Counted from the stretch's first letter, positions 1-10,970 are shown. The stretch is DNA of 64,000 nt from an uncultured Nitrososphaeraceae archaeon (GCA_963825865.1 CAWGVG010000007.1:17209-81208), one strand, 5' to 3'. The notes: generated from the sequence alone by a model not told the origin. Numbers and translations: made by a program.

Positions 1-11
1 CGTAGTAACAA

Positions 12-997
12 ATGGAACTAATAGATTTTCTAAAAGAACATGGCATAGTTGCAGAAGAAGCAATAAGTATTCCAGCATATAAAAGACAGGTACTTATCGC
101 AAGATGGTACCGTACAATGGGAAGAACAGACTCTGCAACGGATGACGTCATGGGACACCCTATACAGACAGCTAAGAAATGCTTTGCCAGATAACTTATA
201 TCATCAGGGAAAAAGGCTGACAAGCTTTGAACAAAATAAAGATTACGTAGTTGGAGAGTTCGAAGATGGGCATAGTGAGAGATGTGATCTGTTAGTTGGT
301 GCTGACGGTCCGAGTTCGACTGTACGTCAGGAACTGCTTCCTGACGTTTATCCAAAATATGCTGGATATGTTGCCTGGCGTGGAGTGGTAGATTAAAATA
401 AAGTGCCAATATATATCGCACAATTCTTTGCCAACAAATTCGCATTCTTTCATGGAAGAAATACTCAAATTCTCTGTTATCTAATTCCAGGGTCTGCAGG
501 TGAATTATCAGAAGGTAAGCATCGGCTCAACTGGGTTTGGTACGTCAATGTATCTGCAGGCAATAAACTGCAGTCATTGTTAACAGACAGATACGGAAAA
601 CAAAGAGAGTTTTCCGTACCACAAGGAATGGTCAGAGATGAATTTGTACAACAGCAAAAAGGATCGCAGAAAGGACTCTTCCTACGGTCTTTGGGCAGCT
701 CGTTGCACAAACCAATGAGCCTTTCATACAAACAATATACGATTTATATCTACTAGAATGGCATTTGGGAGAGTTTGTATATTAGGAGATGGCCGCATTT
801 GCTTCCTCGCCCACATACAGACTGCGGGGCTTTCCAAGGCGGCTACAAATGCTGTAGCACTTGCAAATTTTATTGCTAATTCATCCAACGTAGATGTTGT
901 TAAAGCTTTAAAGAGGTGGGAACCACATCAGATAGAACTTGGAAATAATCTCAAGTATCTGGGAATCTCTCTTGGAAATAAGTCGCAGTTTAACTAA
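12..997 (+). CDS. FAD-dependent monooxygenase (2,6-dihydroxypyridine hydroxylase/salicylate hydroxylase-like), split by frameshifts and an in-frame stop; 5' end probably outside window
   Basis: Consecutive ORFs 12..194, 142..396, 403..756, 758..997 give DLLVGADG..S.VR (DG motif), YAGYVAWRG, RLNWVWY and GRVCILGD (GD motif). Confidence 0.8.
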
Positions 998-1219
998 ATC
1001 TAATACTCTGAAACTCCAAGTTTAGGCAACTAACCCTGGCTAATTGATTTTGATTCTAGGACAATATGCCCATATCGCTAGAATCGCACACGTCAAAACC
1101 TCTGAGAAACTCTGAAATAGTGTCAATGATCCGATTATAGTGATAAGAGCAAGGCATTACGGAGAACCCGATAGTGATTGTTCTTGGAGCCGGCACGCTA
1201 ACGGTTGTTGCCTGCTTAG

Positions 1220-1456
1220 TTATCGATATTTATTTCTGAGAAGGAATTCATAGGTTGTACACTTTTGGGTATAACCACCTCTGAGCAATCGACTCAAAAC
1301 AGGCATTGTGAAATAGGTAAGTGAAGCAACTAGTATCGCAATATAAATTACAGTATTGCCAAGTAATGGCCACTGTTCTAAGAGAGGATCAAGAATAGAT
1401 CGAGATAACGAACTAATGGCATATGCAGCAATAAATACTAAAACCCAAAGTTCCAA
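1220..1456 (-). pseudogene. C-terminal membrane fragment resembling antibiotic-biosynthesis-monooxygenase-associated proteins
   Basis: Two hydrophobic helices ending LTYFTMPVLSRLL; no N-terminal domain upstream. Confidence 0.4.
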
Positions 1457-1585
1457 TAAAATTGATTAATAGTATGGGAAAAAGTTGAATTTTGTTTTGT
1501 GCGTCATGCTGCTCAGATGCATGATTATTTGTTTGAACATCAGAAAGCAGAATGGTGGTATAGTTAAGAGAAATAGTAATGTCTA

Positions 1586-1996
1586 CTACTGTAAATGTAC
1601 ATGTCCAGTTACATAAGATCTGGTGCCATTTTTACAAAATCTTATGTAACTATGATATATTGTCTGCAACTTCTTAAGCAAATCTAGGTCACTGTTCATC
1701 AGGTCAGGAGCAGGAGAAGAAGGAGAATTATTCTTACCCTTATCATCGTTGTCTATCTTCTCTAGTAGAGTATCGCAAAAGTTACCTTCTTCTATATCAA
1801 ATTTCATTGCTTCAACTAGTGCTTCTTGCATGTATTCTGAGATAGATATTTGATATGTGTTACAAATAATATTCAAAACTTCGTGTTGATCCTTTGTTAG
1901 GTTTACTTTTTCATTAATTGTAACAAGATTAGCAGGATCCTTACTGTAGGTTTTGTTGACTTTTGATGAGGGGGATGATGATGATGAGCTATTCAT
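1586..1996 (-). CDS. Hypothetical protein (possible ribbon-helix-helix/CopG-like); paralogue at ~60.8-61.1 kb
   Basis: ORF track; DNA 1790-1915 is nearly identical in reverse complement to 60830-60970 (NEKVNLTKDQHEVLNIIC.TYQISISEYMQEALVEAMKFD). Confidence 0.6.
   Translation of the reverse strand: MNSSSSSSPSSKVNKTYSKDPANLVTINEKVNLTKDQHEVLNIICNTYQISISEYMQEALVEAMKFDIEEGNFCDTLLEKIDNDDKGKNNSPSSPAPDLMNSDLDLLKKLQTIYHSYIRFCKNGTRSYVTGHVHLQ
1607..1651 (-). repeat. Palindromic site, copy 1 (13-bp arms AGTTACATAAGAT/ATCTTATGTAACT, 19-bp asymmetric spacer)
   Basis: Arms at 1607-1619 and 1639-1651; spacer is reversed relative to the copies at 4029 and 61084. Confidence 0.9.
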
Positions 1997-2235
1997 TTTT
2001 CTTCTTGTTGTTTATATTATACTAACATGAGCTATATCTTTTTTGTTTGAAACTGCTGGATTGTTTTTTCGCTTACTAATGAGGGAGTCTAGTGAATAGC
2101 TGTAATGAGACTTCGGTTTGCTTGATATTATTTTTCTTTTTTATACAATGTAGCATTAATAACATTATCAATAGTCACAAGAACTTAATTACATATCTAG
2201 TTATATATTTCATATACATTATATTTTTTAATAGC

Positions 2236-3111
2236 ATGAATAATGATATTAAAGGAGAAAGAAAAAGAGAAGAAGAAATATCATCTACCTCTCCTATTTT
2301 GAGTACGAGATATGCTCACAAAGCAGACAAAATGATACATTCTCTTGAAGGAAAGTTCATTATTGTCATAGGTGTGATTGTTGGCCTATTTATTTTTTCA
2401 TTAATAGATATCATTCAAATAAAAGGATATGTTTACATCTTGGCAGACTATGTCAATGATATCATAATAATAACACTTGAGCAATATTAATTGTTGCTTT
2501 AATATTTGTTCTGCGTTTCTGCCTGAAATCAAAAAACCTGCTTAATAATTGGGCTAATTTATTTGAGCGAAACTCCATAAGAGCAGGAATAAGTATTTCG
2601 ATGGCCAATAAAACCAAAGAAGAGCTTATATTGGCAGTATCTGAAACTATTGAACGGGTTGGCGAACCTCTACAAAACTACATATCATCATCAAAGGATA
2701 ATCTCAACCATTTTATTGATGTAACAATGAGGAATGAAAGAGAGCCTGATAACTTGCATTATGATGTGCTAGATACAGAATTATATCGTTCAAACAACAA
2801 CATCATAATCAGTATAATCAACAATAAATGAAAGCAAAAATTCTGATAACCTTAAAAGCGTGTTAAAAGAATATGGTGCAATAATAATCAAAATTGCTGA
2901 TAACAAAATAGAACGAGAATCCCTTTATCCATTTTTTGATTCACTTTCTCATTATATGTCAATAACAAAAAATGATATAGGCCTGGCTTTAATGATTGGG
3001 GAAGATGTTACACAAGATGCATATCATTTAGTAACTAATTACTCAAATAAAAACAAAAGAATTCAGAATATAATACTTGTTGAAAAACCAATATTGAACA
3101 ACCTTGGATAG
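2236..3111 (+). CDS. Membrane-anchored hypothetical protein, frameshifted; C-terminal part may be a restriction-endonuclease-like fold
   Basis: ORFs 2092..2490, 2601..2831 and 2860..3111 are colinear; N-terminal TM helices; fold call is tentative. Confidence 0.4.
2278..2306 (+). repeat. 29-bp direct repeat, copy 1
   Basis: ATATCATCTACCTCTCCTATTTTGAGTAC; one mismatch to 3542-3570. Confidence 0.85.
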
Positions 3112-3130
3112 ATCAATCATCAATGTTCAT

Positions 3131-3439
3131 TCATAGTCCATAAGATAACCTGGCAAAATCTAGAAAATCTTTGGCCCACTTAGTATATGACCTGACCCCT
3201 TTCTCTGTTGCCTGGTAACAAATTGACTTAGATGTTTTGGTTGATATTATAAAGCCATTTTTCTCTAGCAAATCCATGATAATGGATATTCTATCTGGTC
3301 TTTGCTGCTTGATTTCCCGAACCTTTGTTATAATATGATATTTAGTTACAGGCCTGTTCAAAGCATCGGTACACAAATATTCAAGGATTGAAAGCATGGT
3401 ATATTCAGAAGAAAATCGTTTCTTCTTCTCGTCAGCCAA
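3131..3439 (-). CDS. Winged helix-turn-helix transcriptional regulator
   Basis: 102 aa; ILEYL..., TKYHII, LLEKNGFI, YQATEKG pattern typical of archaeal wHTH. Confidence 0.7.
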   Translation of the reverse strand: MADEKKKRFSSEYTMLSILEYLCTDALNRPVTKYHIITKVREIKQQRPDRISIIMDLLEKNGFIISTKTSKSICYQATEKGVRSYTKWAKDFLDFARLSYGL

Positions 3440-3541
3440 CTTTATTTAAACCTTGATTATAACCTTCAAAAAAGGAAATGTGGTCTAAAATTAGTTCAAT
3501 ATACAGATGAGAGGATCAACATATATGATCACGTACGTATT

Positions 3542-3570
3542 ATATCATCTATCTCTCCTATTTTGAGTAC
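3542..3570 (+). repeat. 29-bp direct repeat, copy 2
   Basis: ATATCATCTATCTCTCCTATTTTGAGTAC. Confidence 0.85.
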
Positions 3571-3585
3571 CTAGAAGATAATCCT

Positions 3586-4038
3586 ATGCCTTTGAGTCCT
3601 CCTGTTATCAAATCAGGACCTGAAATCGCCCCTATAGATTGTCCGTTAAATCCATATCGTGATGATAATGGAACAGCACATCCACAGAATTATCGTTTAA
3701 CAGAACTTTCGTTTGAATATTCCTTGCCAAACCCCTATGACAGAAACAGTCCATTTAAACATAAAATCCATGGTTGGCTTGCTGTGCCTACTACAACAAC
3801 GTCGACTGGAAAATATCCTGCAGTGTTAGTGGTCAACGGTCATAGTGGAAGCGCATGGGTAATGATACAACCTGATGCCGGCGAAATTTATTGGTACGGA
3901 GATTCCTTTGCGCGTCGAGGATTCGTTGTATTAGCTGTAGACATATCACATCGCGGATTCATCGACGAGAGCCTAGAGGGTTCTAGGAGATGTCCACCAA
4001 GCATGCCCTATCCACCACCAGATATCATAGTTACATAA
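3586..4038 (+). pseudogene. Alpha/beta hydrolase (dienelactone hydrolase/acetylxylan esterase-like) N-terminal fragment, ending at the palindromic site
   Basis: HGWLAVP...KYPAVLVVNGHSG...FARRGFVVLAVD; no nucleophile elbow before the stop inside the repeat. Confidence 0.65.
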
Positions 4039-4073
4039 GATTTCGTAAAAATGACACCATATCTTATGTAACT
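4029..4073 (+). repeat. Palindromic site, copy 2
   Basis: Arms 4029-4041 and 4061-4073, spacer TTCGTAAAAATGACACCAT. Confidence 0.9.
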
Positions 4074-4194
4074 GGAAATAACACAACCTGCGGTAGTAGG
4101 CTTTTACTATTTCCTAACTATATTGACCATTCTGCATCATATACACATACCTACAATATCTGATTGTTATTATTGCAATCGTTCTTCAATTCCT

Positions 4195-4627
4195 TATTCT
4201 TTGGCATAATGGTTGCCAATGTATTTTTTCTTTAGTTTCTTGCTTTCAGGATCCTTCCAGTAAGCATAGTAGTATGGCCCATGTTTTTGTTCACAAATCT
4301 GCTTTCCGCATTTAACATACTCTTTTCTTATTGTTGCGTTTTCAGGTATTTCTTTGGCTCTATTAGCACAAGCAAGCTGTCTTGATTTGATTTTATTTAT
4401 GAACTTAGTTGATTTCTCAATTGCCTTGTTAGCTTTGCAAGTACTTTTTCTAATGAAGTGCGCTTGTGTCCAAAAAGAGGTTTATCCCAATCAACTAATG
4501 ATTTTCGGCTGTTCTCTTTATAGAATGATGCTAGCTCATTGAAATATGATGGAGAACTAGAGTTATCATTATTATTGTTGTTAGTAGAGATATGATGATA
4601 CCTACCTAAGCGTTTTGTATTTCTCAA
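4195..4627 (-). CDS. DUF6788-like small basic Cys/His protein, frameshifted
   Basis: Manual translation of 4195-4380: IPENATIRKEYVKCGKQICEQKHGPYYYAYWKDPESKKLKKKYIG; ORF 4397..4627 is the likely N-terminus. Confidence 0.7.
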
Positions 4628-4892
4628 ATATTCTCATTATCTAATAATTCCTATTAGGTTAGCTTTTTGTATTTCTTTCCATAATTCTTAAATTCTTATC
4701 ATGTTCAGCCCATTATATTACACGCTCATTTTATGCAATATATTCTTCGTAAAAGCCAGCTTTATGCATTTGTGCCTTCTGAAGAAAATACATATGCTTA
4801 CTACGAATTGTTTCCAAAGTATAACCTTCAAAACCCTCATAATTGAGAATGCAATTGCAAGTTTTAACGAATTGTTGTGTATCACATTTTAT

Positions 4893-6007
4893 CTATTTCT
4901 TTTTCTTGACTACTAATATGTACAGTTCTCTATTATCTGTTTTCAAAGTCCTAGGTTCTTTCAATGGATTATCAAAACTAATTGGCAAGTAACCTTTATT
5001 GATAGCACCATTCAGACAGTCATTTATCCTTGTATCCGTGTCAAAGTCTAGTGCTTCTAACTCATTGCACTTGTCTAACCATTTGTCTATAATATCAAAT
5101 GATTCCTCAAAAGATAGGTGCTTTACATTGACAAGGTATGGTGCAAGAATTCTCCAGATGCAATATTTTCTAAATCTAGGTAATGGAGTTTGCAAGAGCC
5201 TTTCAATCCAGAGTATCGATGATGAATTGCCATTTTCTGACAAAAATGTTTTAATCATTTTTTTACCCAATTTCCGTTCTTTATTATGTTCTTGGTCTAT
5301 GAGGTAAGATAGGAATTTGCTATAAAGTAAATCTATAGGTTACTTTGGTAGTACCGCTCCATTTCTGCACAATTTGAACTTGGTTATAGTTTTTAGAATT
5401 AAATGAACCAGGTATTCTTAACATGCAATTCCTAAATGACACAGTATGGTAATGTTCTGAATCTGCTTTTCCATTGGACAGATAGTATTCTGCAAACCTT
5501 AGAAATTGCTTTGAAGGTTCCGTGAAGTTTCTAAACTCTGGACATGTTTTCTAAAATAATATTTTCAGATTCTACAATAGTAGGTAAATAGAAATGGTAT
5601 CCATTGCCTGTCCAGAGTATAGTTGGTTCAAAATCTATAGAAAATATAGTTTTTATATTTGTCAAAATCTTTGCCTTAGCCAAATCTAACATTTTAATAT
5701 TGAAATTAAATTTGCCCAAGTCCAAGTCAATCATGAGAAGGCTAATTGCAAGAATTGCATTTTGAGAATGTCTATAGGCGCTAATTCTGCAGTCCAAATA
5801 GTCTGAATCCTTGTAGTAAGACATTGCTTCAAGTTTACTGTATACTGTAATCTGCCTGCCTTCGGTTAATTTCGTTGAGATAGTTCTGGGCCAAATTGAA
5901 TCTTTTTCAAAATGGCTTAAGATAAAGTCTAAACCGTCGGCAACCTGTTTTTCAGTTAAATTATGGTCAAAATTGGTGTTTTGGTGGTAGCTAATGTTAA
6001 TATCCAA
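4893..6007 (-). CDS. Archaeo-eukaryotic primase small subunit fused to a PriX-like domain, frameshifted
   Basis: AEP motifs LMIDLD and TGNGYHFY in 5531..6007; C-terminal WIERLLQTPL..FRKYCIWRILAPYLVNVK..WLDKC is PriX-like. Confidence 0.8.
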
Positions 6008-6084
6008 TCACCTGTACAGTGCATTGCTCACGAACAGAAAAAAATAAGGGGTGAGAAAGGCATGTTTGGGTTCAGATGGGCCAA

Positions 6085-6464
6085 TTAACTTGCAGCTTCT
6101 GCAAAGTACTTCGTATCTGAACCTAAACCTGTCTTCCATATTCTCTGTACCTTTACTCCTTTTTTCAGCAAAGAATTCACGGCTAGTAGAGCGCCAGTGC
6201 TAGATGCATTCCAGATTCTCTCTATGGTACTGTTAGGTTCCTTGACAAGGAACTGTACCATGGGCCAAATTTTCCCTTAGCGCCTGGGTCTACCTTCAAG
6301 ATTTCGAACACTTTGCCCGCACCTTCGAATTCCTTAGCACTTACGAACTTTGAATTCTCTGCTATGAATTCGCTGATCTTCCTAGATGCTTCTTCGTCTT
6401 CTGGAGTTATGTTTCCATTTCCATTACTTCCTGTTGATGCTTCATTCGATTTCTTACTTGTCAT
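6085..6464 (-). CDS. Putative single-stranded DNA-binding (OB-fold) protein, one frameshift near 6262
   Basis: Joined translation ...GKFGP/MVQFLVKEPNSTIERIWNASS...RIWKTGLGSDTKYFAEAAS; the G.G.DT.Y ending recalls viral SSBs; lies between PolB and primase. Confidence 0.5.
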
Positions 6465-6533
6465 TTCTTACTCATTTCACTTTTCCTATCTATGCAGATT
6501 AGCATTAACCAGCCACACCTATGTGACAGTTAT

Positions 6534-8420
6534 TCACATGGAGGTTCTTGCATCACTGTGACCATTTGTACTTTTAGACTTCTTATTTGGATTTGTGACG
6601 CCAAATTCTTTAGCTAAGATTTCAGTAGGATATCCTGCAATTTGCAAGACTTCACTAACTGTGTTCCATAGACTTTGCTTGTACCATTGAGTATCAATAT
6701 CTGAAGGATTTGTCGACCAGCTTGAACTTGTCTTCTTTAAATTAGAAACAAAGTATTCTATCAACTCGCCTTTAAATTTGCCAAGCGCTTTACCAATTGT
6801 AGCTGACTGACAGCTCTGAGATTTGTAGTCTTCTGGATTATCTCCAAGCACCTTTGATATTTTCAACAAATCTGCATTTACTATTTTGTTAGAATCTAAA
6901 TCAGACATTGCACACCTTAAGTTGGGTACAGGGTCAATATTGTATCTAACAACATTATTTACCAATTGTTTGAATGCATTATTAACAAACTGGGATCGGT
7001 CGCTCTTTTTACCTTCCATGCCAACAATGTCAAGCGTGTCTTTGTTCTTGTCGTTTAATCCATAACCTATATAGTGTTTCTTGCCCTTGCTCAGAATACA
7101 ATTAAAATATGTATTTTTAATTCCAAGTTCGATATCCAACTCTCTGTTGAATCTGTCTTGGAATTTTAAAAGAGATTCTGCATCTGGATTGTCCAAAAAT
7201 AAGGAGTCCGTATCTCCATAGATAATTTTGAAACCTAACTCTTTAGCAATACTTTGCATTTTGGAAAGTACCTGCCGACCTAGGGCTGTTACCAGTTCTG
7301 CAACTCTAGGATCATAGTAATCATATCTATTATCTCCAAAAACTCCATATCCACCATTAATTCAGAATCTTTAATGCAAGTTGCTTTGGCTTGTTTCCCA
7401 AGTCCTTTTGCTTTAATCTTTCAGCCCTGAACAATCTTAATTTCCTTGGAAAAGCACCTATCTCCTTCTGGCAAATCCAAGAATCTTTATTTACAAATTT
7501 GCAATCCTTCAGGAATTTATCATCTAAAGTAACTGATATTTTGGCATTAGGGTCATCCTTGCAACACTTACAGTTGATTGTATCGAATGAATAAATTGTA
7601 ATTTATGCCAACACTAAGGTACAAACTGGTTGCATCCACAACCACAACATTATGGTAGAAATCTTGTTTCGGTTTAAGTACCTCTGCACCTTTGTATGTT
7701 CCACTAAACGAGGTTTTGACAAGTGGCTTGCATTCTTCATTTTTTAATCATTTTATCAAATATTGCACCCCACCATGTTGATAGATTTGTTCTGCAAACA
7801 CGTTCAAAATCTAGTTCTGCTATCTGTGAGATTGCATACAATGCATCAAGAACCTCGTAGTTTTCATGCTTTGATAGTTCCATTACCAATTCAGAATCCC
7901 TAAACAGAATATTCTATCTGTTCTTCAATTGGCAAGTTTTTGAAATCTTTACCAGACAAGTTTTTGGTACTTTCCATATCCCAAAAGAACTTTCGAAACT
8001 TCGTCAAGTTTGTGGGTTCTGTAGGCGTTATTGTAAATGGTATCTTGGACCATTACCTTTCCGTAAACATTGCAGAGGTCGATATGCTTTCGGCCTTTTA
8101 TATACGGCACACCTTTCTGACTCAAAAGAGACTACAGATTTAACTTCATTTGCAATGCACCTTTTGTGCAGTATTGACAGGTCAGATTTCTCGGCACTTC
8201 CTGCATTGTTCATATGCCCTGTAGAATTCCAGCCCATAGACAAGTCATAATCTATAAGTTTGGCACTTGCATGCTTCAAAAGTCGAATTTCCGATCCTCC
8301 AAAGTCTGACCTTAGCAGCACCTTGCTTTTCCCATGACTGTCTACAAAAGAAGTACTGCTTCAAGCACTTGAGTGACTGGGTCCCATTCGAAGTCAAATG
8401 CAACGTAGTTACCTAAAGTT
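6534..8420 (-). CDS. polB: Family B DNA polymerase with 3'-5' exonuclease domain, several frameshifts
   Basis: ExoI YVAFDFEW (~8390), motif A VVVVDATSLY (~7630), motif B KQLALKIL.NGGYGVFG (~7340-7390), motif C IIYGDTDSLF, KKHYIG, GMEGKKSDR. Confidence 0.9.
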
Positions 8421-8470
8421 TCGGCTACCTCTGGCAATTTGGCCTGGTTTTGTGAAGAGAGTGAACAAAT

Positions 8471-8657
8471 ATCGACTGAACCGACTGATCGACTGACGCT
8501 AGTGATTTGAGCACGATTCTGGCCATTTTCTGCAGTCGATATGTCAGTCGATATTTGGTTTGTGTCAGATGGCATATCGACTGTAGTATCGACTGAAATA
8601 TCATTAGCGATTTGAGCACGATTCTCGGCTTTCAGTCGGTCAGTCGATATAGTCGAT
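8471..8657. repeat. Symmetric iteron-like array, putative replication origin
   Basis: Ten CGACT-core repeats (consensus ATCGACTG/CAGTCGAT) in alternating orientation, plus two identical 17-mers GATTTGAGCACGATTCT at 8504-8520 and 8609-8625. Confidence 0.8.
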
Positions 8658-8714
8658 ATATGTTCAGCCTTCTCGTAATTTTGCTTTCTGATAATTTCCT
8701 GCTGGTACAATATG

Positions 8715-10764
8715 TTATTTCGAGGAGCGGCAGAGGCAGCAATCCGAGCTATCCATATAACCATCGTGTAATCTTTTGATGGTCCATTGCTTGTTGCTAT
8801 TATCCACAGAATTCCTTTCAACTATAATTCCAACGCTACGAAGGTCGGCTTTGATAAGGTTAATCCGTCGGCTTAAGCTATTTGGTGCTTGGGGCCACAG
8901 CTTGCCATTGCTTGTCTTAATCTTCAAGTTATCTTGTGCAATTTTTGTCAATAAATCGAGCAGTTCTGTTATAGTTCCATTCCAAAGAGGTGGTACCTTG
9001 CTATCTATGAAAATCTCTATTGCCTTTCCAACGACGTCATTCTCAACTACTTCTCTAGTCTGCAGGTCTATATTCCTAAAGTAGGCTTCGATAAATTTGC
9101 CAGGTTCATATCCCATAGAGCATGACACAATCTCTCCAACTTCTGCAAAGTCTGCCATTCTAGGATACTCTCTTAATTTGAGGCCGTCGGGGTTGTCTCT
9201 CTGAAACTGCAAAACTCTGGCTAGAATGTCAAAGATGTATCCTAAAAGCTCAGGCCTTATCTCGTAGAACTTTTGCCAAATCTCTTTGAGCAAACGTTTC
9301 TTATATTTTGGAATTGGAGTATGTTCTATGATAAGTCCTCTATCAACGAGGTCCGACTTTGTAGCACCTAGGTTGATTCCATTTATTCCAATGCAATGCA
9401 TGAAATTGTATATGATATCGTCATCATTGCTATACAATTCCCTCTTGGAAAATCCACTGCCTGTTACAGCCCTGCATAGGATGTCAGATATGGATTCGTA
9501 AATTTTTGAAATGTTATCAAAGTAGCAAACGTAATTGTGCGCAAGTTTCTGTATCATGCTTTCAATACTTCTCGAGAATGCCAATGTCTTAATCAAACTT
9601 GGGTCAACTAGCATCTTGATTAGTTCTTGGAGAGTTGATTTCGCAGTTCCTTTCTCACCATATAGCATTAGTGCAGGGTGTTGGATTTCTGGATAAAACA
9701 AGGATACTATGTACACCTTGAAAAGGAGCTTGTTATCTTCAGATTCCTTTACATTTGTCAAGTCCATAAAACTGTCAAATATATCCTGTGGATATTCCTT
9801 CGAAGGATATACCTGTGGTTTTTGGTTTGATGTACCTTCTAAATATCACGGTCGCATATTCTATATTCCAACCTCTACTTGCAGTAATTCTAACAACTTG
9901 CCAATCTTCGTTAGTCAAATCGTATAAAATTGAAGTGCCCTTATTGACATCATTCTCATCGTCTATTGTTTCCTTTGCTACACGCAAATGGAGGTCTCTT
10001 TGGATTTTGCTAGAAGCGGCCTTTGCCTCAAGTATCCTAATAACGTTGTTTAGGTTTTCTGTATTTAGGGTGTCAGCATCAAGTTCTTCATCGGCACAAC
10101 CACCATCATGCAATGCTTTTTTTTCTCCATCATTTCCACCCTCATTATCAAAACATTCATCTACAGTATGTGCCTTGGACTGATTCTTCTCTTCATCATC
10201 ACTTGTATCCTTTTGAGCATTTTTACCAATGGTGAAATCATAATAAACATTACAAAGCCAGTTCTTGAACCTTGAACCTTTGATCGGTAATACTTCCAAA
10301 TGGTTGTCAATTTTGACTGCAGCATGGGGCTGTCCCAGATTATCAATAAAAAAATCTTGGCAATGCTGCTTGGCTAATTTCATCGCCAGTATTGCGGCAG
10401 CTCCTTTACCTGATAGTATCTGAATCTGGGAAGATTCTTTATGGCTTTTGCCGTTCAGTTCTTCGGCCTTGTTGTATAGTAGGTATTGCAAGTAACCGTT
10501 GCTTGCATCCATCAAGAAAAGTAATACTTTGCTAACTGCGTTTTTGGAAAGGCCAGGATACCTTAAGGCTTCCTTTTCAAATGCATCTCTTGTGTTAGTT
10601 AGCTTCTTTGGGTCTATCTGGACAACTACCATTTGCCCTCCTTTGAAATTGACATTTATAATATTGGATTGCCTAACGAATGAGGCAACTCCTAGAGCTT
10701 TAAGTTGTTCATTAACTGGTATGAAGGTAACTGTATCCTTTTTGTCCTTCTCTACCAATTTCAC
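8715..10764 (-). CDS. SF3-like helicase/ATPase with C-terminal winged-helix; frameshift near 9830; possibly fused to PolB
   Basis: Walker A GEKGTAKST, Walker B CYFDNIS, motif C IGINGI, Arg-finger DLVDR, wHTH WNGTITELL...LSRRINLIKADLRSVGI; the two ORFs join via FRRY/NQKPQVYPSKEYPQDIFDSFMDL. Confidence 0.8.
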
Positions 10765-10970
10765 AAATCACCTTCAACAATGAAAAGCCCAGTCCTAGGC
10801 TCATAACCTGTAACATGTTTACAAATGCAAGGACCAAAACCGCAGTCTTCACAAAAATAGGGTAAAGATTTATCATTGACTCGAGTATATTGATCAGGTC
10901 CTTGACTTTGACAAGCATCATAAAAGTAAACTTTATCTTTACGTTGTTGATTATTCTCTAATGTAGTCAT
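10761..10970 (-). CDS. Small Cys-rich (zinc-binding) protein
   Basis: CEDCGFGPCICKH; its stop overlaps the helicase start (coupled genes). Confidence 0.55.
   Translation of the reverse strand: MTTLENNQQRKDKVYFYDACQSQGPDQYTRVNDKSLPYFCEDCGFGPCICKHVTGYEPRTGLFIVEGDL

Noticed and set aside
8471-8657. CRISPR array
   Set aside because: Repeats are 8 and 17 bp, in mixed orientation, without regular unique spacers; no cas genes in the window.
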